A stretch of DNA of 64,000 nucleotides from Verrucomicrobiota bacterium (GTDB lineage Bacteria > Verrucomicrobiota > Verrucomicrobiia > Limisphaerales > JACRJZ01), in contig JACRJZ010000150.1 of assembly GCA_016219875.1 (NCBI GenBank), positions 870-64,869 of the forward strand, in the 5' to 3' direction. How positions within the stretch are numbered: the first letter of the stretch is position 1; every line of letters begins with the position of its first letter. Both the position numbers and the translations under genes were made by a program. The notes beneath the pieces are model-generated. The model saw only the letters and a list, made by a program, of their open reading frames with translations, did not search any database and was not told the DNA's origin. This document shows positions 51,039 through 60,315 of the stretch, one piece after another.

Positions 51039-51695
51039 ATGCGACCGCCCTGGACCATAGGAAGAGCAATTGCAGCAATGGTCGCGGCATTGTTGCTGGG
51101 ATTCGGTGTGAAGTGCCTCTTTGACGGTCGCAGGTTACGCCAGGAGTTTGAGGTGTGGAAGACAGCAAGACCTGTCGATGCTGAGGTGGACCTTTCGATT
51201 CCAGGCAAGTTCCTTTTGCCTTTTCAACAAGCATGCTCTTCCTCCCACGGGGAGATTTTAGCGCTGAGGTTGCCGATGGAGACTTTGCGGGGAACCTCCG
51301 TGACGCAGCTTCTCGCCGGCCTCCAAGCTCAACTTGAGATTTCAATGAAACCAGGGACCACCGTTGTGGCGAGTGCGATGTCTCAGGTCTGGTGGGGTGA
51401 AGAAACCCTCGACGATGCAATCCCGATTTTCTCTGTGGTTCCATTTCGAAAGGGCGCGTACGAGGCGACTGTCACCGTGACCGAGGGAGCGCCAGCGCTA
51501 AAAGGGGTGAAGCAACGGTTGGAAGGACGCTACCAACTCTGCGGTTTGGAGCGAATGCCCGCTGCGCTTCTCGGCGTGGTCGGGATTGCGAGTGCAGGCA
51601 TTGGGGGCATCGCGGGACTCATCGTTTTCTTTCGAGCAGCAGGGGATCGACGAAAACGCTGTCTTGGCCAAGAAAGAACTGGCTTCGCTGGCTGA
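51039..51695 (+). CDS. hypothetical membrane protein
   Basis: N- and C-terminal hydrophobic segments; protein-like composition; no motif recognised. Confidence 0.4.
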   Translation: MRPPWTIGRAIAAMVAALLLGFGVKCLFDGRRLRQEFEVWKTARPVDAEVDLSIPGKFLLPFQQACSSSHGEILALRLPMETLRGTSVTQLLAGLQAQLEISMKPGTTVVASAMSQVWWGEETLDDAIPIFSVVPFRKGAYEATVTVTEGAPALKGVKQRLEGRYQLCGLERMPAALLGVVGIASAGIGGIAGLIVFFRAAGDRRKRCLGQERTGFAG

Positions 51696-52054
51696 CTGCG
51701 ACCGCCACACAAGCCGCCACCACCGAACCGCCAGTCATTCTATAAACCGGTCGGGAGAAAATAGATGCCAGCCGCCTCGCCCTTCTGGTTTCATCGCGGC
51801 GTCGTCCGAAGCCGAGCAAGCGGGCCGGCGCAGCAGGCAGGTCGAAGCCGCTTTCAGGCTTGCTTGGCGGAGGACCGGGAACTTTACTAGCGCCACATTC
51901 AGCAACGAAGCCGACATGAACGGGACATCACGAACTCTTCCGTCCAGCTTTCAGCCCAAACAGGCTTCCTACGCGGTCATCACAGCTTGGACGGGTGCGC
52001 TGGCAACGGGCGCCGCCGGCAAGGAAACAGATCACGAATCTTGAGGAGGCAATC

Positions 52055-52615
52055 ATGCTGATCTTCACTTCAATCGCCATCGCCGCCTTTCTCCTGGTCG
52101 CCGGCTCCTTTCTTTTCGGGCACGATCACGATGTCGGCCACGACCACGATGGCGGGGACGCCGGGCACGACGGCGACGCCAGTGACGGCGAACCGACCAT
52201 CAGCATCTTCTCCACGAAAGTCGTGGCCACCCTTTTCATGGGTTTCGGAGCGGCCGGGGCCATCGCGCGGTCCTACCAGATGGGCTACCTCACTGCTTCC
52301 ATAATTGGGCTGTTGAGCGGCGTGGTGTTGGGCGGGGTGATGTACGGCATCCTGACCGTGTTCGTCCGGCAGCAGGCTTCCTCACTGGTTTCGACGAGTT
52401 CCGCGGTTGGATGCACCGGGACCGTGACGGTTTCGATCGGCGAGAACAGCCTCGGTGAGGTGGGCCTGGACGTTCAAGGCCAGTACGCGACTTACCTGGC
52501 CCGTTCGCGGGATGGCGCTTCCATCGCCAAGGGGCAACTCGTGCGCGTCGTCAAAACGATGGGGAGTGAACTCGTGGTGGAAACAGAGACTCAAACGGCA
52601 ACAAGACAACGGTAA
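52055..52615 (+). CDS. NfeD-family membrane protein (C-terminal OB-fold), partner of flotillin
   Basis: GAGGAGG ribosome-binding site then ATG 52055. Transmembrane segments. His/Asp-rich HDHDVGHDHDGGDAGHDGDASDG. C-terminal beta-rich domain. Immediately upstream of an SPFH/flotillin gene, which is the classic pairing. Confidence 0.65.
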   Translation: MLIFTSIAIAAFLLVAGSFLFGHDHDVGHDHDGGDAGHDGDASDGEPTISIFSTKVVATLFMGFGAAGAIARSYQMGYLTASIIGLLSGVVLGGVMYGILTVFVRQQASSLVSTSSAVGCTGTVTVSIGENSLGEVGLDVQGQYATYLARSRDGASIAKGQLVRVVKTMGSELVVETETQTATRQR

Positions 52616-52633
52616 TCAGAAAGGAATCAACAC

Positions 52634-54373
52634 ATGAACACAGTCATTTTGCTGGCGGCGTTGGGGGACTCGCTCGGAGCTTTGCTGCGTCCGGCGCTGA
52701 TCGTGCTGATCGCGGTGGCCATTCTCATCGTCCTCCGAGTGATGGCCAGCCGCTACAAGAAGATTCCGCCCAACCGCATCGGCATTTTCTTCGGCCGGAA
52801 ATACAAGTGGACCGACCCCACGGACGGCAAGGCGAAGGTCCGGGGCTTCCGCATTGTCGCCGGCGGAGGATCGCTGCTCTGGCCGTTTTTTGAGGAATTC
52901 CAGGAACTCTCCACGGCGGCCTTCCAGACTTCCATCGGCGAGAAGAACATTCCGAACAAGGACAACGTGAAGATCAGCGTGGACGGCATCGCCACCTGCA
53001 AAATCTCCTCCGCGCCCGAGGATTTGCATAATGCCGCGATGGCGTTCCTGGGGAAGACCGACGAGCATATCAAGACCTTCGTCAATAACATCCTGATCGG
53101 CCACCTTCGGTCCATCATCGGCAAGCTGGACATCGACGAAATCCTCCGCCAGCGGGACACCTTCAACCGGCGGGTGATCGAGGAATCTACCGAGGAACTC
53201 AAGCGCCTCGGCATCCAGATCATCACCCTGGTCATCACGGATGTGAGTGACGAAGCGGGCTACATCAACTATCTCGGCCTGAAGACCGTGGCGCAGGCCA
53301 AGCGGGACGCCGGCATCCAGGTGGCCGAGGCCGAGAGAGACCGGGAGATCAAGACCGCCGAAGCCAAGCGCGATCAAGACATCAAGGTGGCCCAGGCCTC
53401 GGCCGAAACGAGGAAGCGCCGGAGCGATGCCGAGCGAGAGGCCGCCGTGGTGGAGGCGTCCAACGCCGTGGCGACCGCCGAGGCTGACCGGGATCGCGAT
53501 GTCAAACGCGCGCAATTCAAGGTCGTGGCCGACACGGAAAAGGCCAAGGCCGACCAAGCCGGCAACATCCAGACCGCCGAACAGGAAAAAGTCCTGAAGG
53601 TCAAGCTGGCCGAGCGCGACGCGGCGGAAAAGGAAGCGCAGATCCAGGTGCAGCAGAAGGAAGCCGCCCGCAAACAACAGGAACTTAACGCCACCGTCGT
53701 CATGGTGGCGGAGGCCGACCGGAAGCGCGCCGTCATCGAAGCCGAGGCCTCGAAGTCAGTGGCCGTCCTGCAGGCCGAAGCGCAGAGCGAAGCCGCGGTG
53801 CGCCGCGCCGAAGGCGAGAAGCAGGCCAACGCGCTGCAAGGCGAAGGTGAAGCCTCCAAGACCCGCGCCACGCTGACGGCGAAGGCCGAAGGCGAAGCCG
53901 CCATTAAGAAGCAAGCCCTGCTCGCCGAGGCCGAAGGTATGGCCGCCATGAAGGGCAAGGTTCTGCTCGCCGAAGCCGAAGGCACCGCGAAACTGGCCGA
54001 GGCGCTGGCCAAGATGACCGACGCCGCCAAGATGATCATGATCCTCGACCGCCTGCCCAAGCTCATCGAGTTGACCGGCGAAGCGGGCGAGAAGATTGCC
54101 CGGGCCACGTTCTCCGGCATCGCGGCGCCGCTCGGCAACATCGACTCAATTCACATCGTCGATATGGGTGGCAACGGCAAAGGTCTGGAACAAATGTCCA
54201 CGCTGGTCCCGAACACGGTCTTCAAGACGTTCGCTTCACTCAAAGCCAGTGGCATTGATGTGAGCGAACTGGCCAAGAAAGCCGGCATCGACATCAGCGC
54301 ACTGTCGAAGATGCTCGGCCCGACGCCCGGCTCCAGCCACGCACCGATGCCGACACCAGAGAAAGCGGAATAG
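52634..54373 (+). CDS. flotillin (SPFH/band-7 family, FloA/YqiK-like)
   Basis: N-terminal membrane anchor, SPFH domain (ISVDGIATCKI..), long Ala/Glu/Lys-rich coiled coil with EA-repeats, flotillin C-terminal region. Confidence 0.8.
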   Translation: MNTVILLAALGDSLGALLRPALIVLIAVAILIVLRVMASRYKKIPPNRIGIFFGRKYKWTDPTDGKAKVRGFRIVAGGGSLLWPFFEEFQELSTAAFQTSIGEKNIPNKDNVKISVDGIATCKISSAPEDLHNAAMAFLGKTDEHIKTFVNNILIGHLRSIIGKLDIDEILRQRDTFNRRVIEESTEELKRLGIQIITLVITDVSDEAGYINYLGLKTVAQAKRDAGIQVAEAERDREIKTAEAKRDQDIKVAQASAETRKRRSDAEREAAVVEASNAVATAEADRDRDVKRAQFKVVADTEKAKADQAGNIQTAEQEKVLKVKLAERDAAEKEAQIQVQQKEAARKQQELNATVVMVAEADRKRAVIEAEASKSVAVLQAEAQSEAAVRRAEGEKQANALQGEGEASKTRATLTAKAEGEAAIKKQALLAEAEGMAAMKGKVLLAEAEGTAKLAEALAKMTDAAKMIMILDRLPKLIELTGEAGEKIARATFSGIAAPLGNIDSIHIVDMGGNGKGLEQMSTLVPNTVFKTFASLKASGIDVSELAKKAGIDISALSKMLGPTPGSSHAPMPTPEKAE

Positions 54374-54419
54374 ACTCCCGCGCGCGTTCCGGCGGGCCAT
54401 CAAGGCGCCGGCGGGCGAA

Positions 54420-54625
54420 CCGGGATGGATGCCGGAACTGCGGAGTCTCGTAGCGCAGACTTTCGAGTCTGCCGGATCGCCGGTTTTCCAACCGGCGCTC
54501 CCGCCCCAGCAGGCGGGAGCCAGGGAAGAGACTGGTGCGCGCGAGATTTTGCAGGCTCTGCCGACAGCAAGTCGGCGGTACGGCAGGTTGGAAAACCTGC
54601 GCTACCGCTCCGGCCTGTCACGGCA
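54420..54625. repeat. family B MITE-like element
   Basis: GTAGCGCAGACTTTCGAGTCTGCCGGATCGCCGGTTTTCCAACCGGCG ... GCCGACAGCAAGTCGGCGGTACGGCAGGTTGGAAAACCTGCGCTAC. Confidence 0.55.
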
Positions 54626-54714
54626 GACAGGAACCTGAAGCGGCGCTGACCTGTGGCCGAGAAACATCGGTTTGCGCCAAAGCAGAATTCGGCGCACCAA
54701 CGAAAGACGCCATC

Positions 54715-55227
54715 ATGAGCACAGAACAGATTACGGCGAAAATGACCTACGCAACGATCCCGGACCCCAGGCCGGAGGCCATCGTGATCCATTGCAGCGA
54801 CCCGCGGTTCCAGGCGGCGTTCGAGCAGTTCCTCGAACACGAGTTGCACTTGGAGAAAGGCCAGTACGTCCCGATCGTGGTCGGCGGTGGCGGCGGAGTC
54901 TTGGCGCATCCGGAACAACTCCCGAAGGAGTTCAAGTTCCTCAAGGACCGCTTGGAGCATTATCGCCGGGTGTTCCCGAGCGTGCGGCGCATCGTGCTCA
55001 TCAACCACGAGGGCTGCCGCTACTACGATTCCATCAAGACCAAGGTGCTCAGCTTCGTCGGCTCCTTCCTCAAGCCTGCCCCGGACCACGCGCGCGAGGA
55101 TTTGTCGCTGGTCACGCGGGTCTTCCAGCACTTCCTCTCGCATCTGGGCTACACGGTGGAGCTTTACTACGCCCGCTTCGCCAATGCGGAGCGGACCAAG
55201 GTGGTGTTCGAGAAAGTCGGAAACTGA
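54715..55227 (+). CDS. hypothetical protein
   Basis: 170 aa from ATG 54715. Diverse, protein-like composition. Preferred over the antisense ORF 54400..55434, whose Arg/Ala/Leu/His-rich composition is typical of a shadow frame. Confidence 0.5.
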   Translation: MSTEQITAKMTYATIPDPRPEAIVIHCSDPRFQAAFEQFLEHELHLEKGQYVPIVVGGGGGVLAHPEQLPKEFKFLKDRLEHYRRVFPSVRRIVLINHEGCRYYDSIKTKVLSFVGSFLKPAPDHAREDLSLVTRVFQHFLSHLGYTVELYYARFANAERTKVVFEKVGN

Positions 55228-55251
55228 CCAACCCCGGAAAGCGAGGACAGC

Positions 55252-55461
55252 ATGGACAACCAACGCCCGTTTAATCTGAAGAAGCTCAACATCGCTTTCG
55301 ATGGCAAGAAAGCGGGAATGCTCACCCGAGCCTACTATCACATGCACCGCGCCAGAGTCCCCGGCGGCTGGCTGGTCGTGGTCAGCGGCGGCCAAGGGAT
55401 GGGCGGCATCACGTTCTACCCCGACCCACGGCACGAGTGGGATGGCGGAACGCTGGACTGA
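55252..55461 (+). CDS. small hypothetical protein
   Basis: 69-aa ORF in the gap between genes. No motif. Low confidence. Confidence 0.3.
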   Translation: MDNQRPFNLKKLNIAFDGKKAGMLTRAYYHMHRARVPGGWLVVVSGGQGMGGITFYPDPRHEWDGGTLD

Positions 55462-55502
55462 AGGCCCGGTGTGGCCCCAAGCATGCCTTCCCCGCTTCCG
55501 AC

Positions 55503-56018
55503 ATGACTCCCGCCATGGCCTCAGGGTTCGACGCGATGTTCACGCTGGTTCCGCTGTTCATTGGCGTCGTCTTCGTCTTTGTCATCGGCTCCATCGTGTT
55601 CAGGGCCATCCAGGGAATCTCCCGATGGAGCGCCAACAACAGCCAGCCCGTCTTGACGGCTGACGGGAAAGTGGTTTCGAAGCGCGCCGACGTGCATGGC
55701 TCGCGTGAACGCCACACCACCAACTACTACGCCACGTTTGAACTGGGCAGCGGCGCGCGACGGGAGTTCGCGCTCAGCGGCTCCGAATACGGGTTGCTGG
55801 CAGAGGGCGACACCGGGCTGGTGAGCTTCCAAGGATCGCGCTATCTGGGCTTCAGCCGTGCGCCGGCAGTGGAAGGGCCGCCCATGCCGCCCCCCAGTCC
55901 AGCTTCGGCGAACCTCATTTGCGAGTATTGCCGGAGCGCGATTCCCGCCGGCGCGGTCAAATGCGCGAGTTGCGGCTGGACCTACCAGCCGAAGCGCGCG
56001 GAAGCGGAGCAGACCTGA
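55503..56018 (+). CDS. single-transmembrane protein with a beta-rich periplasmic domain (DUF2500-like, tentative) and a C-terminal CxxC...CxxC zinc-ribbon
   Basis: ATG 55503. Transmembrane segment FTLVPLFIGVVFVFVIGSIVF. C-terminal CEYC...CASC. Confidence 0.5.
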   Translation: MTPAMASGFDAMFTLVPLFIGVVFVFVIGSIVFRAIQGISRWSANNSQPVLTADGKVVSKRADVHGSRERHTTNYYATFELGSGARREFALSGSEYGLLAEGDTGLVSFQGSRYLGFSRAPAVEGPPMPPPSPASANLICEYCRSAIPAGAVKCASCGWTYQPKRAEAEQT

Positions 56019-56068
56019 GCGCAGAACCGGAACCAACAATCCCGACAGCCAAGTTCGATCCTGAAATC

Positions 56069-56410
56069 ATGCCAGCCTCGTCCCGCAGCCCAGCCCAATT
56101 CACCGGAGTGATCGTCCTCGGACTGATTGCGGCCCTGCTGCTTGGCGTCACAACGTATTACGGCTTCATCGCCCCTCGAGGTGCCGAGGGGCAGGAACTC
56201 GTCGTTCGGGCCAAGGTCCTGGCCAAACGCGCCCAGATGACCGATCCGGCCGCGGCCTCGGCGCCGCGGCTGTTCGTGAAGTTCCAACTCGAGGACGGCC
56301 ACGAGGTCGCTTTCAAAGTGACGGATGCGCAGTACCGGGCGCTGAAGGAAGGAACCTGGGGCCGCCTCACCTATCAAGGAACCTGGTTCAAGAAGTTCCA
56401 AGAGGAGTGA
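56069..56410 (+). CDS. paralogous single-transmembrane protein (same fold as 55503..56018, lacking the zinc-ribbon)
   Basis: ATG 56069. Transmembrane segment VIVLGLIAALLLGV. Shares the pattern KRA...ATFEL/KFQLEDG...F(A/K)(L/V)...Y..L.EG..G.L.YQG with the upstream gene. Confidence 0.5.
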   Translation: MPASSRSPAQFTGVIVLGLIAALLLGVTTYYGFIAPRGAEGQELVVRAKVLAKRAQMTDPAAASAPRLFVKFQLEDGHEVAFKVTDAQYRALKEGTWGRLTYQGTWFKKFQEE

Positions 56411-56474
56411 CACGAGCGGAAACTCCGCGGTCTTGCCTAGGTCCGAGCGGAGCGGAGCGAGGACTTCCGAGGAG

Positions 56475-58583
56475 TCACGGCTGCTGCCTCCGCAGTCGGA
56501 GGAACTGATTGGAGCCGGTGGTGTCAAGCCGGATGAAGTTGGTGCCGCCAACCTGCCAGGGCACGTTCGTCGCCGGATGCCAGGCATCGGTCACCGTGAC
56601 ATCTGGCGTGCTCTGCATGGCGTAGGGCAGTTGGGAGGTTGGCCAGGCCACGACGGCTGTCCCCTGCCCGGCCCGCAGGATCGTCATCGCCGGCGCCGGG
56701 CCGTTGGTGAAGGCGCCCTTCCGCAGCGTGAAATGGTCCGCCACGACGCCGTCGGATTGCAGGAACGCCGCCTCCAGCCGGTTGCTCACGATGTCAAGGA
56801 CCAGCGAGCCGAGCCGATTCAGTGAGATGAACATGGCAGGGTGGTTCAGCGAACCGCCGCTGGTCTGGCCTGATGATCCGGCCACGGTATAAACCGTCCC
56901 CTGCCCCGCTCCGAGTCCGCCCGCCGGTTTCAGATACGCACCATCGCCGTCTTCGCGCCCGTCACCCGAATCCAGAATGTGCCCGGGCGCCAGCGTCTGG
57001 GACGATCCGTAGTGGCCGTGGAGCAGATACGAGCGCTCGTAAGAGTGGCTGTGCCCGCACAGCACGAGGTCGGCCCCGAATTCTTCCAGGATGGGCAGCG
57101 CATTGGCCCGCATGTCGATCAGTTCTCCCTCGGCATCGGAATTGTGGGAGCCGCGGCTGTAAGGCGGATGGTGCCAGAACGCGATGATCCAATCCTGGGT
57201 TGTCTGGCCCAGATCATTGCGCAACCACTCCAACATCGGGCCGGTCGGCTCGCGCGAGGACGACATGGAGTCCAGGCAGACGAAGTGGATGTGGGCGTAA
57301 TCGAACGAGTAGTACAGTTCTGTGCCGGAAGCCACGCCGCCGGCCTCGCCCTGCGCGGGCAGACGGAAGATGTTCAAGTAAGGAATGTGGCCGACATACT
57401 GCACGGCATACCAATCGTGATTGCCGAGCGTGGGCCACAACGGCACCTGCCGGAGTGTCGTCGGGTACATCTCGAAGACGGCCCGCTGATATTCATGGTC
57501 AAAGCCACTGCCGTAGGCGTTGTCGCCCAGCATCAGCCACAAGTCCGTCGGGCTTGTCCCGGCGAATTGTTCGTAAGCGTCCCGCACGGCCTGCGCGTTG
57601 GCGTTGGCCGTGCCGGAATCGCCGAGCACCCAGACACGGGTGGGCTTCGGCACGCCGACGGGCGGCGGCGTGATGAACGAGCACTCCGCCCCTCCCGCCA
57701 GCACGAGCGGTGGCGCTTCGACGGAATAGAAGAACCGGGTGGACGGAGTCAGCCCATCCAGCCGGACTTCGTGATTGGTGGCCAGCGCGAGACTCTCGGC
57801 CACGAGATTCAAGTCCGCCGGGTTGGTGCCGTAGCGGACCCGGCCGCCAACGGCCAGATCCGTGCGCCAGCACACGACGAGGTTCGTGGGCGTGGCCGTC
57901 TGCAAGTACGGCCCGCGGACCAGGCCGGCATCGGCCACCTCCAGCCAGCCGGCGAGTCCCAGATCGAAGCTCAAATCAGGATTGTCGCTGTCGAACTGGT
58001 GGACTTCCACCGCGAGCACATTGGTGCCGTTCTGCAAACCTGCGGCGGAGACGTTACCCTCGGAGAACCCCATCTCGTCGGCGCCTTTCACGAGCGAACT
58101 GGCGCGTGTGGCCGCCGTGACCGCGCCTCCCGGCATGTTGCTGCGAAACACCTCGGCGCCGTTCAGATAGACCACCGCGCCGTCGTCACGCCAGAGACGA
58201 ACCGTGAGGGCGGTGAAGTCCTGGGCATTGCTCACCACGAAAGAGTGTCGAAAGTAGGTCGTGATGTATTTGCCCTCGTCGTCAGGCCCGAACCCTAACA
58301 GCGTTGCTTCGCCGCCGTTGCCATAGCCCAGGGGCGCCAGCCCGGACGCCCACGCCGCGTTGTTGAACCCTGGTTCGCGCCACTCGGTTTGGAGGTTGGC
58401 CCCGAGGTCGTTGAACTTCCACACCGCGTGTTCGGGAATCAGCACGACGGAGACTGAGGCCGCCAAGGCCGGCACGGTGGCGAGAGCCACGAACACCAGC
58501 GCCCCAATACCCGGCCCACCGGATCGGCGGCGGCTGAACCACGTCGCCGCCGCTCTGCGCAGAGAAATCAACTCAGGATCCAT
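56475..58583 (-). CDS. secreted purple-acid-phosphatase-like metallophosphoesterase with the C-terminal FLRL module
   Basis: Signal peptide. Metallophosphoesterase motifs GDSG, GDNAY, GNHD, GHSHSYER. PAP N-terminal FN3-like domain. The C-terminus ends ...NQFLRLRRQQP. Confidence 0.75.
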   Translation of the reverse strand: MDPELISLRRAAATWFSRRRSGGPGIGALVFVALATVPALAASVSVVLIPEHAVWKFNDLGANLQTEWREPGFNNAAWASGLAPLGYGNGGEATLLGFGPDDEGKYITTYFRHSFVVSNAQDFTALTVRLWRDDGAVVYLNGAEVFRSNMPGGAVTAATRASSLVKGADEMGFSEGNVSAAGLQNGTNVLAVEVHQFDSDNPDLSFDLGLAGWLEVADAGLVRGPYLQTATPTNLVVCWRTDLAVGGRVRYGTNPADLNLVAESLALATNHEVRLDGLTPSTRFFYSVEAPPLVLAGGAECSFITPPPVGVPKPTRVWVLGDSGTANANAQAVRDAYEQFAGTSPTDLWLMLGDNAYGSGFDHEYQRAVFEMYPTTLRQVPLWPTLGNHDWYAVQYVGHIPYLNIFRLPAQGEAGGVASGTELYYSFDYAHIHFVCLDSMSSSREPTGPMLEWLRNDLGQTTQDWIIAFWHHPPYSRGSHNSDAEGELIDMRANALPILEEFGADLVLCGHSHSYERSYLLHGHYGSSQTLAPGHILDSGDGREDGDGAYLKPAGGLGAGQGTVYTVAGSSGQTSGGSLNHPAMFISLNRLGSLVLDIVSNRLEAAFLQSDGVVADHFTLRKGAFTNGPAPAMTILRAGQGTAVVAWPTSQLPYAMQSTPDVTVTDAWHPATNVPWQVGGTNFIRLDTTGSNQFLRLRRQQP

Positions 58584-58590
58584 CGGCTCC

Positions 58591-59460
58591 TCATTGGTGG
58601 CCCGGCGTGGGTCGCACGGGAGCGTCGGTCTTCAGCCCGGCCCGGGCGCGGGCCTCCAAGTCCATCATCGCTTTCGTCTGGCGCCGCGCGGGCGGCAGAG
58701 TCTCCAGCGCCGCCAAAACCTCCTGCCAGGCCTGACGCGCCTCCGCTTCCCGCCCCGCTTGGCGCAGCACTTCCGCCCGGCGAGATAGCCAAGTTTCTTT
58801 GCGCGCCGCCTTGGAGGCCATCAGATCAATCCGGGCCAACGCGCCTTCAAATCGCTTCAACGCCAGTTCCACGTCCACCGCCCGCAACTCCAGCGTCACC
58901 AGCGGTCCCAGCCGGGCAATCCCCTCCTCCAGGCCACGGAGCGCCTCCCCGCGGCGTTCCGGTCCCGTGGCCAAAAGCGCCTCGGCGCGCTCGAGGTAAA
59001 GCTCCGGAGTGGGCGGCACGGCCAGACGGATGGCCCGCGTGAAGTCCTCCACCGCCGCGAGCGGCTCGCCGGCCTTGACACGCGCCCTGGCCCGCAGGGC
59101 CAGCGTCTCACTGTTCAAGGGCTGGGACGCCGCGTAGCGGTTCACGGCCTCGATCGCGGCCTTGGGCTTGTCCGTGTCCAGCCACAATCGGGCGCGGAAG
59201 AGTTCCACCATCACCAGCTTGGGATCAAGCTGCAGCGCCTTGTCAAAATCTGCCGCCGCCTCGGCCCAACTGCCGTGGATGCGGTGGAGGTCGCCCCGCG
59301 CCAGGAACAGGGGGGCGTTGCTCGCCGCGTTGGGATGGGCCTGGATCTGAAGCGTCAGGGCGTCGATGCGCTCATGCACGTCGCCATGCGCGAACGCTCC
59401 GGCCGGTGCCAGCAGCAGGGCCACACCCAGACCTCGGAAACGGAACCATGAAACGATCAT
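58591..59460 (-). CDS. secreted tetratricopeptide-repeat protein
   Basis: Internal ATG (reverse 59458-59460) gives signal peptide MIVSWFRFRGLGVALLLAPAGAFA. Multiple TPR-like Ala/Leu/Arg-rich helical repeats. 8 nt upstream of the PAP-like gene. Confidence 0.6.
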   Translation of the reverse strand: MIVSWFRFRGLGVALLLAPAGAFAHGDVHERIDALTLQIQAHPNAASNAPLFLARGDLHRIHGSWAEAAADFDKALQLDPKLVMVELFRARLWLDTDKPKAAIEAVNRYAASQPLNSETLALRARARVKAGEPLAAVEDFTRAIRLAVPPTPELYLERAEALLATGPERRGEALRGLEEGIARLGPLVTLELRAVDVELALKRFEGALARIDLMASKAARKETWLSRRAEVLRQAGREAEARQAWQEVLAALETLPPARRQTKAMMDLEARARAGLKTDAPVRPTPGHQ

Positions 59461-59704
59461 AACTGTGTCGGATGACGGCCAGAAGGTAGGCGAGGGATGG
59501 GAACGCTGCAAGTGGCGAGGCGGAAGACTCTCTTCGGAGATGCCGTACGATGCGCCGTCGGGCTGGATGCTTCGACTCCACGGCAGGCGGGAAGTCTGCC
59601 GCCACAAGGGCCAAGCGGCTCATGCAGCTCACGCCGCCGTCAGACGCTCCCGAAAAAGGAAAGGCGTCCCGCAAGGGGGACGCCTTCCTGGGTGAAAGCA
59701 GAAA

Positions 59705-59968
59705 CTACTTGGCCCTCTTCAGGGCCGCAGCCAGACGCGCGGTCTTGCGCGAGGCAGTGGCTTTGTGGACCACGCCGGTCTTGGCCGCCTTGTCGAACGC
59801 CGACTGGACCAGGGGGAGGACTTTGATTGCGTCGTCCTTCTTGCCCTCGGCCAACAAGGAACGGTACCTGGTTTCCAGCGTCTTGAGGCGGCTCTTGACG
59901 CTGCGGTTCTGTTCGTTCTTGCGGGCGCTGTTGCGCATCCGGCGTTCAGCGGATTTGGTGTTCGGCAT
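59705..59968 (-). CDS. rpsT: 30S ribosomal protein S20
   Basis: 87 aa; MPNTKSAERRMRNSARKNEQNRSVKSRLKT... is the canonical S20 N-terminus. Confidence 0.85.
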   Translation of the reverse strand: MPNTKSAERRMRNSARKNEQNRSVKSRLKTLETRYRSLLAEGKKDDAIKVLPLVQSAFDKAAKTGVVHKATASRKTARLAAALKRAK

Positions 59969-60059
59969 AGGTTCGTTCGTTATTGCTCAAATTCAGGGCG
60001 GCGAAGTTAGCGGAACGAGAGGGCTTGTCAACGGCAGGTTCTGCGGGACCGGCCCGCTC

Positions 60060-60265
60060 CAGCGCGGCGCGGCCCAACCGTCATCCAAGTAGCGCAGGCT
60101 TTCCAGTCTGCCGTAGCGCCGGTTTTCCAACCGGCGAGCGTTGGAAGAGGCCAACCGGCTGGAAATTTCACGGCCTGGCCGACTGCGAGTCGGCGATACG
60201 GCAGGTTGAAAACCTGCGCTACCCGGTGTGCCGGGCGGGAGCTTGATGCAGCCCTGGCCCGCCCC
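60060..60265. repeat. family B MITE-like element (one terminal inverted repeat retained)
   Basis: GTAGCGCAGGCTTTCCAGTCTGCCGTAGCGCCGGTTTTCCAACCGGCGAGCG...GCCGACTGCGAGTCGGCGATACGGCAGGTTGAAAACCTGCGCTAC...GGGAGCTTGATGCAGCCC. Confidence 0.6.
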
Positions 60266-60315
60266 GCCGTGGGCCACGAATCTCTACAGTTGATTCGTGC
60301 CCGCCGTCTGGTCCA

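Noticed and set aside
54400-55434. 344-aa minus-strand ORF overlapping the 54715..55227 plus-strand ORF
   Set aside because: Its composition (R/L/A/D/E/H runs such as VVDEHDAPHAREHPAIMLQAVLEELELL) is typical of a shadow frame, and its 5' part runs through a family B repeat. The plus-strand 170-aa ORF has protein-like diversity and a clean ATG, so it was preferred.
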